A DNA stretch of 64,000 nucleotides from Escherichia coli phage vB_EcoS_Ace: sequence record MT833283.1, one strand, 5' to 3'. The notes under the pieces were generated by a model that was not told the origin of the DNA, did no database searches, and saw only the letters and a program-made list of their open reading frames with translations. Below are positions 34,263 to 45,180 of this stretch, one piece after another. The first letter of the stretch is position 1. The number at the start of each line of letters is the position of its first letter. A program made the position numbers and the translations under genes.

Positions 34263-34705
34263 TTAAAATTAAACTAACTCATCCAGATTGCATGCCGAAG
34301 ATTGGTTCTGATGATGCCGCAGGTATGGATCTGCGTGCATTCTTTGGTACTAACCTTGCAGCAGATTTACGTGCTATTGCACCAGGCAAATCCCTTATGA
34401 TCGACACCGGTGTCGCGGTGGAAATTCCGCGAGGTTGGTTTGGTCTGGTAGTTCCTCGCAGCTCTTTAGGTAAGCGTAAACTAATGATCGCAAATACCGC
34501 AGGAGTGATCGACTCAGACTACCGTGGTACTATTAAGATGAACCTGTTTAACTACGGTTCTGAAATGCAAACTCTGGAGAATTTCGAGAGACTTTGTCAG
34601 CTAGTAGTACTACCACACTACTCAACTCATCATTTTGAAATCGTTGACGAACTAGAGGAGACTGATCGTGGAGAAGGCGGCTTTGGAAGCTCAGGAAGTA
34701 AATAA
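34259..34705 (+). CDS. dut: dUTP diphosphatase
   Basis: 148 aa; dUTPase motifs AAGMDLRA, PRSS, GVIDSDYRG and C-terminal RGEGGFGSSG. Confidence 0.85.
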   Translation: MIKIKLTHPDCMPKIGSDDAAGMDLRAFFGTNLAADLRAIAPGKSLMIDTGVAVEIPRGWFGLVVPRSSLGKRKLMIANTAGVIDSDYRGTIKMNLFNYGSEMQTLENFERLCQLVVLPHYSTHHFEIVDELEETDRGEGGFGSSGSK

Positions 34706-34931
34706 TTATTCAGATCTTAATATGGTAGGTAATTTTGAGCAGTCAAATACTTATCATGTAGCAGTTGCTGAACCTAATCTGAATAACGTGGTTCTTAAAG
34801 TAGACCGTGAAGGTAATGTAATCCATTGGGATGAAGACGCTTTTGTCGAATTGTGTAGTAAGTCTGAAGATCCTACACTCAGAGCTATGTTAGCAGTATT
34901 TAATTTAGGTGTTATTGCCGGAAGTAGATAA
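34668..34931 (+). CDS. Hypothetical protein (87 aa)
   Basis: Last plus-strand ORF before the strand switch. Confidence 0.35.
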   Translation: MEKAALEAQEVNNYSDLNMVGNFEQSNTYHVAVAEPNLNNVVLKVDREGNVIHWDEDAFVELCSKSEDPTLRAMLAVFNLGVIAGSR

Positions 34932-34936
34932 TAATA

Positions 34937-34970
34937 AACCCCAGTGGACAATCCACTGGGGTTTTCTTTT
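34937..34970. terminator. Bidirectional terminator at the convergence of early and late gene blocks
   Basis: CCCCAGTGG-ACAAT-CCACTGGGG hairpin with an A-run upstream and T-run downstream. Confidence 0.65.
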
Positions 34971-36735
34971 ACTTAGTGAGTAGTTGTTTTACTAATTCCT
35001 TGAGTTCATCAATTTCTTGCCTCTGTTGCTCAACAATCCCATTAAGTTCGTTAACAGCGCTAACTAGAAGAGCAGAAACACCACCATAACTAACACCAAG
35101 ATAACCGTCTTGGCTTACTTGGTATACAGCTTCAGGTAATACTTTCTGGAGATCCTGAGCAATAATACCTGCTTCCATAGAATAATCTTTGCTTTCAGGG
35201 TCATCAATATTAGTTCGTTTCTGGTAAGTATAGCCGCATAACAGCTTAACCTTACTTAGAGAATCTTCGATCTTAGTAAGATTAGACTTAGTTCTAATAT
35301 CAGAAACGTTAATCCAGTTAGATGCTCTAGCTCCCCCATCACTATGGAAATAGAATCTGGAAGCACCTGTCATTATATCCAGTTCAGAAGTGCCATCCCC
35401 CCATAGGATACCATCAACGTTACAAGCGTATCCCTTTCCAGGAATAGTTACTTTGGCAATACCTACAGCTACATCAGTAGTGTTACCATCTACGCTAACA
35501 GCTACAGGCCTATAAGACCAACTAGATAGAGCACCCCCATTAATTTTACAACCATAACCATACGACCAATCCCCTCCTTTATAGTCAGGCAGGTATACTG
35601 AGTCGAAAATTACTTGCTGACGTGTGCCAAGAGATAAGTTATTACGGGCAGTATTAACATCTGTACCTCCTGTACCTCCCGAAGCAATAGGTAGAGGTTT
35701 TCTAATAGCAGCAGACTTATCGTAGACACCCCAATCTCCTGCAGCATATACAAAGAAATAGGTATCTTTATCCGGAGCCCAAAGCATTGATTGTTCCCCC
35801 GCTCTATCTACCTGGTCTACTAAGAGATTCTCTCTTGCCTTAGCCACTGTAGTAGCTCCTGTCCCTCCATTTGTAATAGGAACGGTAGACTGACCGTTAA
35901 ATTGTTTTTGCCACGGCAACCAGTTACCAGTACCGTTTAGTATAGTAAGCCATGAGCTTCCAGATTTTCCTACCGCCTTCAATATACCGTATTGGGCGAA
36001 GCCATCAATATCTGTACTATGACAGTGAAAATTAAAAGTCCACCAATCCTCGTCTACTGGAGGACCAAAGGTAATTAGGTTACCTGAAGAGTAGTAACCA
36101 CTTTGCCCGGTAGCACCAATAAAACCAAGAACATTACTGTTAGGAGGAATAGGTACAGCAGTAGCCCCTACAGGAACATCTAGATTTTTTCTTGCTGTTT
36201 TAGCATCAGAAGCCCCTGTTCCACCGAACTGCACTTTCATGGCCTGGACGGCAGCGGTAGAACTATTGATTAATCCAAAGTCTCCGCTATTATAAACGAA
36301 TAAAGAATATTTTCCATCAGGAGACGTAATAAAGGTACCATTATCCTGCTGTCTTAAACGATCTATTTGTAAAGCTGTTTTTGCCTCTAATAAGGTGCTA
36401 GCACCTGTACCACCCTGAGCAATAGTAATAGCCTTAGTCAGTGCGTTTAATTCTGTAATATCGTTATTAGCACCTTTTGCCGCCTTCGTACCTAGGTTAG
36501 TGTTAATACCGCCAATAGCAGTATTGATATTACCTATTGATTCGTTAATACTATTAATATATGCGTCAGTAGCAGTCTTATCAGTAGTATATTTTGTAAG
36601 CTGTAGATATTTAGAGGTTAGTACAACAGCACCAGCCTCCCCATCAACAGAGAAAACACCAGCAACCGCCGCATCTCTGTTAACAACAACATAGGGGGCC
36701 ATAGCCCCACTTTTTGGCATTAATTGTCTAGACAT
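34969..36735 (-). CDS. L-shaped tail fibre protein B-like, with C-terminal intramolecular chaperone domain
   Basis: 588 aa; four GGTGA.T...AR.NL repeats; C-terminal block (…LLCGYTYQKRTNIDD…GIIAQDL…) alignable with the C-terminus of the next ORF. Confidence 0.6.
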   Translation of the reverse strand: MSRQLMPKSGAMAPYVVVNRDAAVAGVFSVDGEAGAVVLTSKYLQLTKYTTDKTATDAYINSINESIGNINTAIGGINTNLGTKAAKGANNDITELNALTKAITIAQGGTGASTLLEAKTALQIDRLRQQDNGTFITSPDGKYSLFVYNSGDFGLINSSTAAVQAMKVQFGGTGASDAKTARKNLDVPVGATAVPIPPNSNVLGFIGATGQSGYYSSGNLITFGPPVDEDWWTFNFHCHSTDIDGFAQYGILKAVGKSGSSWLTILNGTGNWLPWQKQFNGQSTVPITNGGTGATTVAKARENLLVDQVDRAGEQSMLWAPDKDTYFFVYAAGDWGVYDKSAAIRKPLPIASGGTGGTDVNTARNNLSLGTRQQVIFDSVYLPDYKGGDWSYGYGCKINGGALSSWSYRPVAVSVDGNTTDVAVGIAKVTIPGKGYACNVDGILWGDGTSELDIMTGASRFYFHSDGGARASNWINVSDIRTKSNLTKIEDSLSKVKLLCGYTYQKRTNIDDPESKDYSMEAGIIAQDLQKVLPEAVYQVSQDGYLGVSYGGVSALLVSAVNELNGIVEQQRQEIDELKELVKQLLTK

Positions 36736-36782
36736 TTTATTACCTTTATAGGGGCTTTCATAAGCCCCCTATTATACTTTTT

Positions 36783-39700
36783 TTATACTGGAGTTAAGGC
36801 AGCTACAACTTGTTTGAGTTGTTCTAACTCTTGTTCTAAAGTATTCATTTTATTACCCATGTACACCATAGCACAAGCCATATCCGTTAGAATAACGTTA
36901 CTATCAAGAGCAAGTGTGTCATCAGCTCTATCGGTTTCAATTTGACGATCCACATATTCGTTACCATCCGTGTCAACTCCAATTACGTCTTCAAAAACTG
37001 GAGAGCCAGGTACGATTTTTACATATTGAAGATCTATTTTTGCAAGATCCTGGGCTATAAGACCATAACGTTGAGTATCGCCCCACTTATATTTAAACAT
37101 AGTAGGCAACCACTGCATAACACGGTCATAACTTTCCTTTCCATCTGTGTAAATAATTTCTTTCTTTAAGTCACGGTCTGAAGTTGGGTTTTTTGCAAAA
37201 TCATAACCAACTCCCCACATATCCCCGGGCGCGTTTGCCCATGTTCCTAAACTACCATCTACGTTAAATTCAAATCCTCTATGTTTATCGTTATCACCTA
37301 GCAGCTTGAGTATTGTCCTGGACCATCCAGCGGCGCCCGGGGACAACATACCAATTGCGAAACGTATGTTATAACCGTTTGGAGTTGAAGTGCCTCCCGC
37401 GACTACCGGACTGAATGATGCGTTATTGTTAGTTGTACTCACTGAATTGAATGGAATTCCATTACCACTATCGTACTGCTCAATACCCCAACCATGAATG
37501 TTACCCACAGTGCCAGCATTAAATGCACGCGCTTTATGGTAGCCTGTTGGATAGAAATCAAAGTCCGCCACATCAATACTAGGACTATAAACTCTTAAAC
37601 GATGACATTTAATCTTGTCTGAACCAGATCTAACAGCACCGGATATTGACATATCATTATACCAGTTATACCTAGTAAAGTTAGCCCAATCATCCAAAGG
37701 AACACTAGCCCCGGCATAAAGCTCAAGATTGTTTCGCTCACCTCCTTCCATTGTAAAAGCGTAGTTAGCACCAATTTTTATTTTCTGAGCACTAAATTGA
37801 CCATTTTCGTCAAACTGGTAGAAGGCTGTTTTATCGGTGGTTGAGTTTGTAGTCCTTATTGTTGTTTTCGCTACACCAGATTGAAGTTCGTTGTAAATAG
37901 AGGAATAAGAAATTAAGTTTCTAGAAGCATCGTGATTCCTCATATATAACAGACCAGAATTGAATCCATTATATAAGCTAGCAGCAACTTCGGCAAAGCT
38001 AGGTGTATTAGTTTCTCCTAATTCTATGTTAGCCCTTGCACCTGCTGCATTCGTCGCCCCTGTACCTCCATTATTAATAGCTAGAATTCCCTGGGTATCA
38101 TTATTTAAATCAGGCTTATTTGCTGAACCGTATAGAATATTAGTATGGATAGTAGGATTTTCACTATCTAATTGATTATCATTTATAGTCCCGACAAAAA
38201 CAATACCACTAGAGTATTGGGGGCAAATAAATGAGTGAGTATCTGCAGTTTTAGAGTAAAATCCTGCAGAATACGCCGGTAGCCCACCTATTCCTATGTC
38301 GTTTCTATAGTAGCCAGAACCAAAAGCTCTCATAGCTTTAAAAAGAGATACTAAATCAGGCTCGTTTAAAGTGAGTCCTGCACCACCTAAGCCAAAAGCA
38401 CCACGAAGTAAAACCTCACCATTAATGCCATCCCAAACATTCTTAGTAACAACGTTACCTAGAGAAATATTACCACTCTCGTCTGGGCGAATAGTTCCGT
38501 TAACCATTGCTACATAAGGAAGTTTAATAGCTCCGGTATCATCAGCAGGACCAATTCCATTCACAGTAGTGATATAAGGAATCTGTTCCTTAATAGCACC
38601 GCCGTCTTCTTCTCCCTTAGTAGGTGCACGAAAAGCCTGCCCTTGCATCATATCTGGTAGGCGGAATGTGGTAGAACCGTCACCAGTGGAGAAGTAGAGA
38701 GTTGCACCGGCTTGCCATTCAGCTTCTGAAACAGAAGGAATTAGACCAGCTTCGATGGCTTCCCAAGTATCAGGATAGTCAACACGAAGTACTTCACGGC
38801 CATCAGCAGGTAGAACACCAGGGTAACCAACACCTGAATCCTTGTTATAAGGGAACCAAGTAACTTCACCCAACCATAGAGAAGGGTTACCACCCGGAAG
38901 TGTAATCTGTACGTTACCTGCATCATCTGCATGAACGTTGTTGATTGATACGAGTTTTTGCTCGGTTTCTACTAACTCTAGGACAGGAGCTTCAGCAGTA
39001 CCAGCAACTTTATACCAACCGTACTTTGAATCAGTTTGATTCCAGACTAGAACCTTTTCGTCTAGAACACGGTTTGCAACATCAGCATCAGCTTCTGCTT
39101 TCGTCTTATAAACTTTGATAAAACCAGAAATATCTACTTTATCAAGTTTACCATCAACAACCTGAGTAGCACGATCTGCCTCAGCTTTAGCACGATCTGC
39201 CTCAGTAGTAGCATCGATAGCTTTATCGCCAGCTTCAGTAGCAGAACCAGCAGCATTAGTTTCAGAAATCTTAGCGTTTAGTTCTGATTGCTTAGCAGCA
39301 GCAGCATGCTCACCAGCAGTTGTTGCAGCAGCATCGGCTCCTTCTTTAGCAGTTTCTGCACCAGTTTGTGCAGTTTCAGCGGCTACTTGAGCTTGTTGAG
39401 CAGCAGTTTTAGCTTGTTCGGCTAGTTCTCTACTTCTTTCAGCATTTTGAGCAGCTAACTGAGCCGCATCTTTGTGTGTGCCGGCTTCTGTAGCAGATGC
39501 AGCGGATTCTTCAGCGCTAGCCTTAGATAATCCAGCTTGTCTCTCAGATTCCGTAGCAGAAGTAGCTGCTTGAGTAGCAGAAGCTTCAGAAGAATCAGCG
39601 TAAATAGCAGCTCTATTTTCTGAGTCTCTAGCGTTAGTTTCAGATAATTTTGCTGCAATTTCAGAATCTTTTGCTGCCGCAGCAGAAGCAGCAGAGGCTT

Positions 39701-39845
39701 CTACAGCAGCAGTTAATTCACCAGCAGTAATAGAACTAATAGAATTACCTAAAACTACTGTATATTTAGGATACTTACTAGCAGTAGTTGTAGTGTCATC
39801 TATGTTCAGAATCTGCTGTACAATAATTTTAGTTTTAAGTGCCAT
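36783..39845 (-). CDS. L-shaped tail fibre protein A-like (pb1-like), with C-terminal intramolecular chaperone domain
   Basis: 1020 aa; Ala/Glu/Lys-rich coiled-coil N-terminal region, beta-rich Gly/Asn-rich body, C-terminal chaperone-like block (…DRDLKKEI…YGLIAQDLAK…). Confidence 0.65.
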   Translation of the reverse strand: MALKTKIIVQQILNIDDTTTTASKYPKYTVVLGNSISSITAGELTAAVEASAASAAAAKDSEIAAKLSETNARDSENRAAIYADSSEASATQAATSATESERQAGLSKASAEESAASATEAGTHKDAAQLAAQNAERSRELAEQAKTAAQQAQVAAETAQTGAETAKEGADAAATTAGEHAAAAKQSELNAKISETNAAGSATEAGDKAIDATTEADRAKAEADRATQVVDGKLDKVDISGFIKVYKTKAEADADVANRVLDEKVLVWNQTDSKYGWYKVAGTAEAPVLELVETEQKLVSINNVHADDAGNVQITLPGGNPSLWLGEVTWFPYNKDSGVGYPGVLPADGREVLRVDYPDTWEAIEAGLIPSVSEAEWQAGATLYFSTGDGSTTFRLPDMMQGQAFRAPTKGEEDGGAIKEQIPYITTVNGIGPADDTGAIKLPYVAMVNGTIRPDESGNISLGNVVTKNVWDGINGEVLLRGAFGLGGAGLTLNEPDLVSLFKAMRAFGSGYYRNDIGIGGLPAYSAGFYSKTADTHSFICPQYSSGIVFVGTINDNQLDSENPTIHTNILYGSANKPDLNNDTQGILAINNGGTGATNAAGARANIELGETNTPSFAEVAASLYNGFNSGLLYMRNHDASRNLISYSSIYNELQSGVAKTTIRTTNSTTDKTAFYQFDENGQFSAQKIKIGANYAFTMEGGERNNLELYAGASVPLDDWANFTRYNWYNDMSISGAVRSGSDKIKCHRLRVYSPSIDVADFDFYPTGYHKARAFNAGTVGNIHGWGIEQYDSGNGIPFNSVSTTNNNASFSPVVAGGTSTPNGYNIRFAIGMLSPGAAGWSRTILKLLGDNDKHRGFEFNVDGSLGTWANAPGDMWGVGYDFAKNPTSDRDLKKEIIYTDGKESYDRVMQWLPTMFKYKWGDTQRYGLIAQDLAKIDLQYVKIVPGSPVFEDVIGVDTDGNEYVDRQIETDRADDTLALDSNVILTDMACAMVYMGNKMNTLEQELEQLKQVVAALTPV

Positions 39846-40267
39846 TATTGAGTTACTCCATCGCTGATGTATACTTTACCTTCCATAATACGGAAAGAAC
39901 TGACTTCAGAGCCAATTACATCACGAGTCATTAGGATATCATAATAACCAGCAAAACGTTGTCTTGGGTTATACTTATCACGTTCTTTAGATGCTTTTTC
40001 ACCAATATTAGTAACGTCTGCAACGGAAAGACTAATTGCAGCAGCACCTTGAGCAGCATCAATAACACGAGTTTTAAAGTTAGCTAGAACCTCGGCGTTC
40101 TCATCTAAACTAGATTTAATAGTTCCTCGGAGTGAATACCCCGTCAAGTTAACAGGAACTTCTGTTGGTGGATATACACTATCATCAACATCCATAAATT
40201 GCATGATAAGACCATAAGGTACTTTTTCATCAACAACAATATCAATAACTCGGTTTTCTGTACTCAT
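39845..40267 (-). CDS. Tail collar protein (T5 p132-like)
   Basis: 140 aa (the length recalled for T5 p132), between pb4-like and tail-fibre genes. Confidence 0.5.
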   Translation of the reverse strand: MSTENRVIDIVVDEKVPYGLIMQFMDVDDSVYPPTEVPVNLTGYSLRGTIKSSLDENAEVLANFKTRVIDAAQGAAAISLSVADVTNIGEKASKERDKYNPRQRFAGYYDILMTRDVIGSEVSSFRIMEGKVYISDGVTQ

Positions 40268-40272
40268 TATAA

Positions 40273-42330
40273 TTACCTTATATGGATATACCCACTATTT
40301 AGGTCTATCTTCATCTTGTAGTATGCTTCAGGGTTCCCTGATAATGCAGCATTTCTATCGTAGATTATATTAACACCGATTTGCGATAAGAAGGCATTTC
40401 CTGCCACAATCTTATCCGCAGTAACAGTCCCATTAACAATCATATTGCCATGAAGAACCATTGCAGGGTTAATCCATCCAGCTCCGTTCCATTGACGGGT
40501 AAATGCTGTTTGCGGAGCATTACTGTTAAATTGTGTTAGAACATCATACTTAACCGGAGGTTTTCCAAAGTTATTTTGGAAGAATGCGTTAGCTTGTCCA
40601 TCATCCCAACCACCTAGTCCAGGAATACCCATGGAGTACATCCCAGGACCACGCTGTCCATCATGTCCTATAGTACCTTCAGTACCACTCCACTGAACTA
40701 CATCAGACCAGCTAGTACCTTCAAGAAGTTTGTTAGTAACTGGATCAAGTGTACCTGTAGTCGCATAGATATTTTGTGTCATATCTGTACGGTTAGGTGG
40801 AGTTTTTGCCCAACCAGGAGGCGGATAATCTTGTTCTAGCGGTTTGGCCGGTAAAGATGTTGCTAACTTATAAACAAATACTGTTTGCTTACCTTGTAAA
40901 CCAGTTCCAATATCTACGTCACCATTTGGCGTTCCAATTACTACACCACTAGAGATGCGCAGAGTAGTACCATCATAACGTATCCATTGTGTAGCATTAC
41001 CAATGTCTAGTTTCGCTTTGGCAGAGGTATTATCCATACCCATCCAAATACCAGAATTATTATCTCCCCAAGATTTACCTTGAGTGTAAATTGCTGGATT
41101 ATCTTTACCAGACAAGTTAGTCATGATAAAGTTCGCAGCATTAATATCTCTAGTAATTACTTTACCATCAACGTTAACAACACGATTTATAGGGTCGAAA
41201 GAAATAGGTGCTTTTCCTTCTTCATCGAGCAGACCAATGTTAATAGCACCAGTAGCTGCATCAATTAAGAATGTCTGTCTCCAGATTTCCCCATCTTTCA
41301 TACTACCCTTAATAAAGGCATAGTTAACATCAATACCCGTCTCATTGACAAAACTGTTATCTAGAGGAGTATCCTCATTCAGAATAAATGTTACAGGAGC
41401 TGATTCTGTTATATCTTGCTTATTTGGTCCCCAGGCAATTGATGAAACCTTAAAGGTATGTTCAACTTTCCATGGGAATGATATAATCGTTGCAGCTCTA
41501 GCAGCCCCCACGTTTATCTTTTGAGCTTTAGCCCAGCCAGTCTTAGCGTATTCTTCGGAGTTTATATAAGTAACCAAGAACTCACGAACATTAGCACCAG
41601 CACCGCGTTCCCAATCCCACTCAATTCTAACATCATATCGTTCTTTACCATCAGCAATTCGTGCAGCTTTAAAAACAATATCGATAGGTGCAGTAGGAGG
41701 AACAAAATTATAAGCTACAGTTAGAATACTAGGGAACTCATAGTAACCAGAAGAATCAACTGTAACACCATCAGGCATAGTTACTTGACCAGATATTCTG
41801 ATCTTATAATCTCCGATAGGAACTCCACCAAATTTAATAGTAGAACCTAAAGCCCCAATGTAATACTTAGTCCAAGGACTATCTTCCGTGGCTGTACTTT
41901 TTAACTCAATAGTACAGTAACTTGCTTCACCAGTAGTTTCCACAACAACTATCGGTGCGCCCACCCCAACATCCACTGGTTCTGACTCAGACCTTGCTGT
42001 AACAATTATTGGCTTCTCTTTTGTTTTAAAGTTAGTTTCATTAGAGAGGTTAATACCAATTTTTGCATTTAAAAGTTCTGAGTCAATAATTGAGTCATAA
42101 AAAGCTCCCTGAACCTGATAGGTAGTTGAGGGAGTTAAGTTATTGATCATAACAAAGAAAGTGTCGATTCCAGTGAAATCTCTTCTATCCACTTCTTCGC
42201 CAAGTTTAAGCCAGAATGATCTACCGATAACATCGTAGTCGGTATAGATAGAATGCTGGATATACGCCATAGTATATCCAGTCATAATACTATTTAAGAC
42301 CATCTTGGCTGGTGCATTATTCGAAATCAT
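40273..42330 (-). CDS. Baseplate/tail-tip protein pb4-like
   Basis: 685 aa; Gly/Thr/Asn-rich beta-type protein following the hub protein (T5 pb4 recalled as ~688 aa). Confidence 0.55.
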   Translation of the reverse strand: MISNNAPAKMVLNSIMTGYTMAYIQHSIYTDYDVIGRSFWLKLGEEVDRRDFTGIDTFFVMINNLTPSTTYQVQGAFYDSIIDSELLNAKIGINLSNETNFKTKEKPIIVTARSESEPVDVGVGAPIVVVETTGEASYCTIELKSTATEDSPWTKYYIGALGSTIKFGGVPIGDYKIRISGQVTMPDGVTVDSSGYYEFPSILTVAYNFVPPTAPIDIVFKAARIADGKERYDVRIEWDWERGAGANVREFLVTYINSEEYAKTGWAKAQKINVGAARAATIISFPWKVEHTFKVSSIAWGPNKQDITESAPVTFILNEDTPLDNSFVNETGIDVNYAFIKGSMKDGEIWRQTFLIDAATGAINIGLLDEEGKAPISFDPINRVVNVDGKVITRDINAANFIMTNLSGKDNPAIYTQGKSWGDNNSGIWMGMDNTSAKAKLDIGNATQWIRYDGTTLRISSGVVIGTPNGDVDIGTGLQGKQTVFVYKLATSLPAKPLEQDYPPPGWAKTPPNRTDMTQNIYATTGTLDPVTNKLLEGTSWSDVVQWSGTEGTIGHDGQRGPGMYSMGIPGLGGWDDGQANAFFQNNFGKPPVKYDVLTQFNSNAPQTAFTRQWNGAGWINPAMVLHGNMIVNGTVTADKIVAGNAFLSQIGVNIIYDRNAALSGNPEAYYKMKIDLNSGYIHIR

Positions 42331-45180
42331 TTAAATAGATGCCCAATCCACAGATTGCTCGCCATTATCACCTTCTGCTCTTATACGGAAGCGTAACTTC
42401 CTATTAATACCTAGAGCATCCTCGTTATGAAGAGCATAGTCTGCCTTATTGTATATCAGTAGATAATCGTAGACATACTGATCTTCAATTCGTACACTTC
42501 TTAATAAACGATCTAGGTTATCGTAGATTTCGAGAGTGTAGAAGATTCCATCAATGATATCTTCTTCTGGAATTCTATCCCAGGCCAACTTAACGTCTGG
42601 TCCTACAAACTCCGATGCATCTCCTGAAGCTGTATTAGTAACCCTGAAATTACTAACGACGCTTAAGTTTTTAGCAGAGTTAAGTTCTACCGATAGTGTT
42701 ACAGGAGAACTTCGTCTACCATTAATATCTACAGCTCTAATCTCAAAGACTGCTAAACCAGCAGGTTCTCCAATAATTTCTTGGATCATTCGTAGATTTG
42801 GATTAGTTTCTAATTGCTGTACGATGTAAGGATCAGCATGTCCAGAATGAACAATGGAGTAGTAAACAACGTTATTAGTTAAGCTAGGAAGCCAAGATAA
42901 CTCACCATTCTTACCAATAGATCCTACTTGTCCACCCGGTGTTGGTGTATACATAAAGTCTCTAGGAGGCAGTACATTATTACTAACATCAGGGATATCG
43001 TTACCACTATTATCAACCTGCTCGGAGTTAATGAATACATCCTCACCATACTCTTGCAGTGTAATATTAATCTTACCTTCTCTAGAGTTTTCAACCTCAT
43101 CAACTAGGAAGTATTTCTTATTCCAACCATAACGACCATATGTAAAAGCAATCGGATCGTTAGGCTCAATGCCTATGAAATGATATGGTAATGAGAATGT
43201 GAGAGTTCGTGAGTAACGAGACTTTTTCAGTTCTCTATCTGCAAAGCTACGTGCAGTATAGTAGTTAGTGATATTTGCAAAAGAAAGCTGAAGTTTTTTA
43301 TCTAATCCTTTATCTTGTTCCTTAAATATAGAGTTAAAGAATGTAATGGAGTTAGTCTTCCAGCTTAATGCAGGATCTAATATGGAGGCTTGTACTGAGT
43401 TGAACTTATTTCTACCTGTGGTATCTGATAGCTCCAAATCACCGTAGGTATCTAAGAAGTCAATCTCTAATGGGGTGTTTGAGAACTTCTCAACAGTTAT
43501 TCTATATTGACCAGATAAGTTGTTGATAGCACCACCATAAGACTCTATTAATCCCTGCACGTTTTTAAATACTGACTCAGAGGTATCGAGAATAGTGTTC
43601 ATTTGAACTATTTGTCTATTCTCTCCTACAGCATCAGTCCATCCAACGTATCTCCAATAGGGTTGCCAAGAAACCTGGTAGGATTCATCAATGATATCCA
43701 AAATAGCTGCTTCTTGAATAAGTTGCTGGAGTGGGAACTGATCGATAGTGATATTAGCACCGTAGCGATCAGAGGTTAGGTAGTCCAGAGTTTGCCATAT
43801 ACCATTTAAGCTGGTCTTATCAGCAGTTACTCTACCATCTGAATGATAGATCTTAATCTTCTTACCTTGAACTTCAGCACTAACTTCTGGAATTTCTGTT
43901 CTGTTTTCATTAATAGTAAAGCGAACGATAGCATAAGCAGTATCTAACAGTTTATAACGAGAGTCCCAGTATTCCGGTCCATTCTCATTCATGTTCTGTA
44001 GATAGAAACCTTTCTCTTTTGCAATGTTAACTAGAACATCAGCAGCAGATTGATCAGCCTTACCATGATAAGTCCAGATACGGATATCGCCATTACCATC
44101 ATTATACTTATATTCCTGTCCATGAATAGAAGGTTCAGAGCTTGGTTGACCAGAAGCAATACGTTGCATGGTATCACCAGCTACTTTCTTAGTACCAAAA
44201 CAAGTACGAGACTTACTATCATTAGGATCAATACAGATCATTGGTACATCACCAAAGTAGAAATCTAGAAATCCATCAATCTCACCCTCACAGAAAGCGT
44301 ATACTACATATACGATATTAGGGTTATGCAGTTCAGTATCTGCAAATACTGGGATTCCAGGAATTTTCTGAACTCCGTATACTACTGGAAGGAATTTAGC
44401 TGCTAAGTTAAAATCAAGATCTACTTCCTTAGTTACAGTCTCATAGTATTTCTTTAGGCTATAGCTTCTAGAAAGACCAAATAACTTTTTCTTAGATTGT
44501 AACTTATAACGTTCTTCCTGAACCTGATACTTAGCAAGAATAGAAATACTCTTGTTAGCGTGGAAGAATCCGTAGTCCTCTTGATATTCAGGTCGTTTAG
44601 CACCATTAGATGGAACTAATTGGCCAGCAACAATCTCAAGTCCCCTATGGTCAGCATCATCTGTGAAACGTCCGTTTACTCTATCAAAGTCATAGAATTG
44701 GTTTGAACAGTTCCATGTAATAACAGATGTACTAACTCCAGAAGTACCAATGTTATCCTTAATACCACCACCAGTGATTTTACCACGGAAGTAAAGTAAA
44801 GGACCATTAGTGTCTGGATCTACAGGAAGAATGTTACCTTCTTCATCAATAACCGCTTGATGGATTGAGATGGATCTATCTAGGAAGGATACACCATTTT
44901 GGACTAGTTTTAATACTTCATCTTCAGCAGTACCTGTGATAGTAAAAGAAAGGCTACCAATGGAAAGTTTTCTATTTTGTTTATGTGTTGTTATAGACTT
45001 AACTTTACCAGATGTGTAAAGAATACCATTATAAATTACATCCCTAAAATAGTCTGTAAGATAAATGTACGCAGAACTTGATCCGGTAGAGCTTGGCAAT
45101 TCAAGAGTAATAAGGCATGCAGTTTTTATTTTATTATTGGTTCTTAAATACTCTCTTGCACTGTCAAGAATTTTCTTCAT
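42331..45180 (-). CDS. Baseplate hub protein pb3-like
   Basis: 949 aa (the length recalled for T5 pb3); position after the Dit-like gene. Confidence 0.6.
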   Translation of the reverse strand: MKKILDSAREYLRTNNKIKTACLITLELPSSTGSSSAYIYLTDYFRDVIYNGILYTSGKVKSITTHKQNRKLSIGSLSFTITGTAEDEVLKLVQNGVSFLDRSISIHQAVIDEEGNILPVDPDTNGPLLYFRGKITGGGIKDNIGTSGVSTSVITWNCSNQFYDFDRVNGRFTDDADHRGLEIVAGQLVPSNGAKRPEYQEDYGFFHANKSISILAKYQVQEERYKLQSKKKLFGLSRSYSLKKYYETVTKEVDLDFNLAAKFLPVVYGVQKIPGIPVFADTELHNPNIVYVVYAFCEGEIDGFLDFYFGDVPMICIDPNDSKSRTCFGTKKVAGDTMQRIASGQPSSEPSIHGQEYKYNDGNGDIRIWTYHGKADQSAADVLVNIAKEKGFYLQNMNENGPEYWDSRYKLLDTAYAIVRFTINENRTEIPEVSAEVQGKKIKIYHSDGRVTADKTSLNGIWQTLDYLTSDRYGANITIDQFPLQQLIQEAAILDIIDESYQVSWQPYWRYVGWTDAVGENRQIVQMNTILDTSESVFKNVQGLIESYGGAINNLSGQYRITVEKFSNTPLEIDFLDTYGDLELSDTTGRNKFNSVQASILDPALSWKTNSITFFNSIFKEQDKGLDKKLQLSFANITNYYTARSFADRELKKSRYSRTLTFSLPYHFIGIEPNDPIAFTYGRYGWNKKYFLVDEVENSREGKINITLQEYGEDVFINSEQVDNSGNDIPDVSNNVLPPRDFMYTPTPGGQVGSIGKNGELSWLPSLTNNVVYYSIVHSGHADPYIVQQLETNPNLRMIQEIIGEPAGLAVFEIRAVDINGRRSSPVTLSVELNSAKNLSVVSNFRVTNTASGDASEFVGPDVKLAWDRIPEEDIIDGIFYTLEIYDNLDRLLRSVRIEDQYVYDYLLIYNKADYALHNEDALGINRKLRFRIRAEGDNGEQSVDWASI

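Noticed and set aside
39300-39760. Repetitive Ala/Glu/Gln-rich DNA considered as a tandem repeat or CRISPR-like array
   Set aside because: Uninterrupted coding sequence of the tail-fibre N-terminal coiled-coil; no direct repeat/spacer periodicity
36942-41724. Multiple 60-90-aa plus-strand ORFs within the tail-fibre and pb4-like genes
   Set aside because: All lie inside long minus-strand structural genes and lack start contexts
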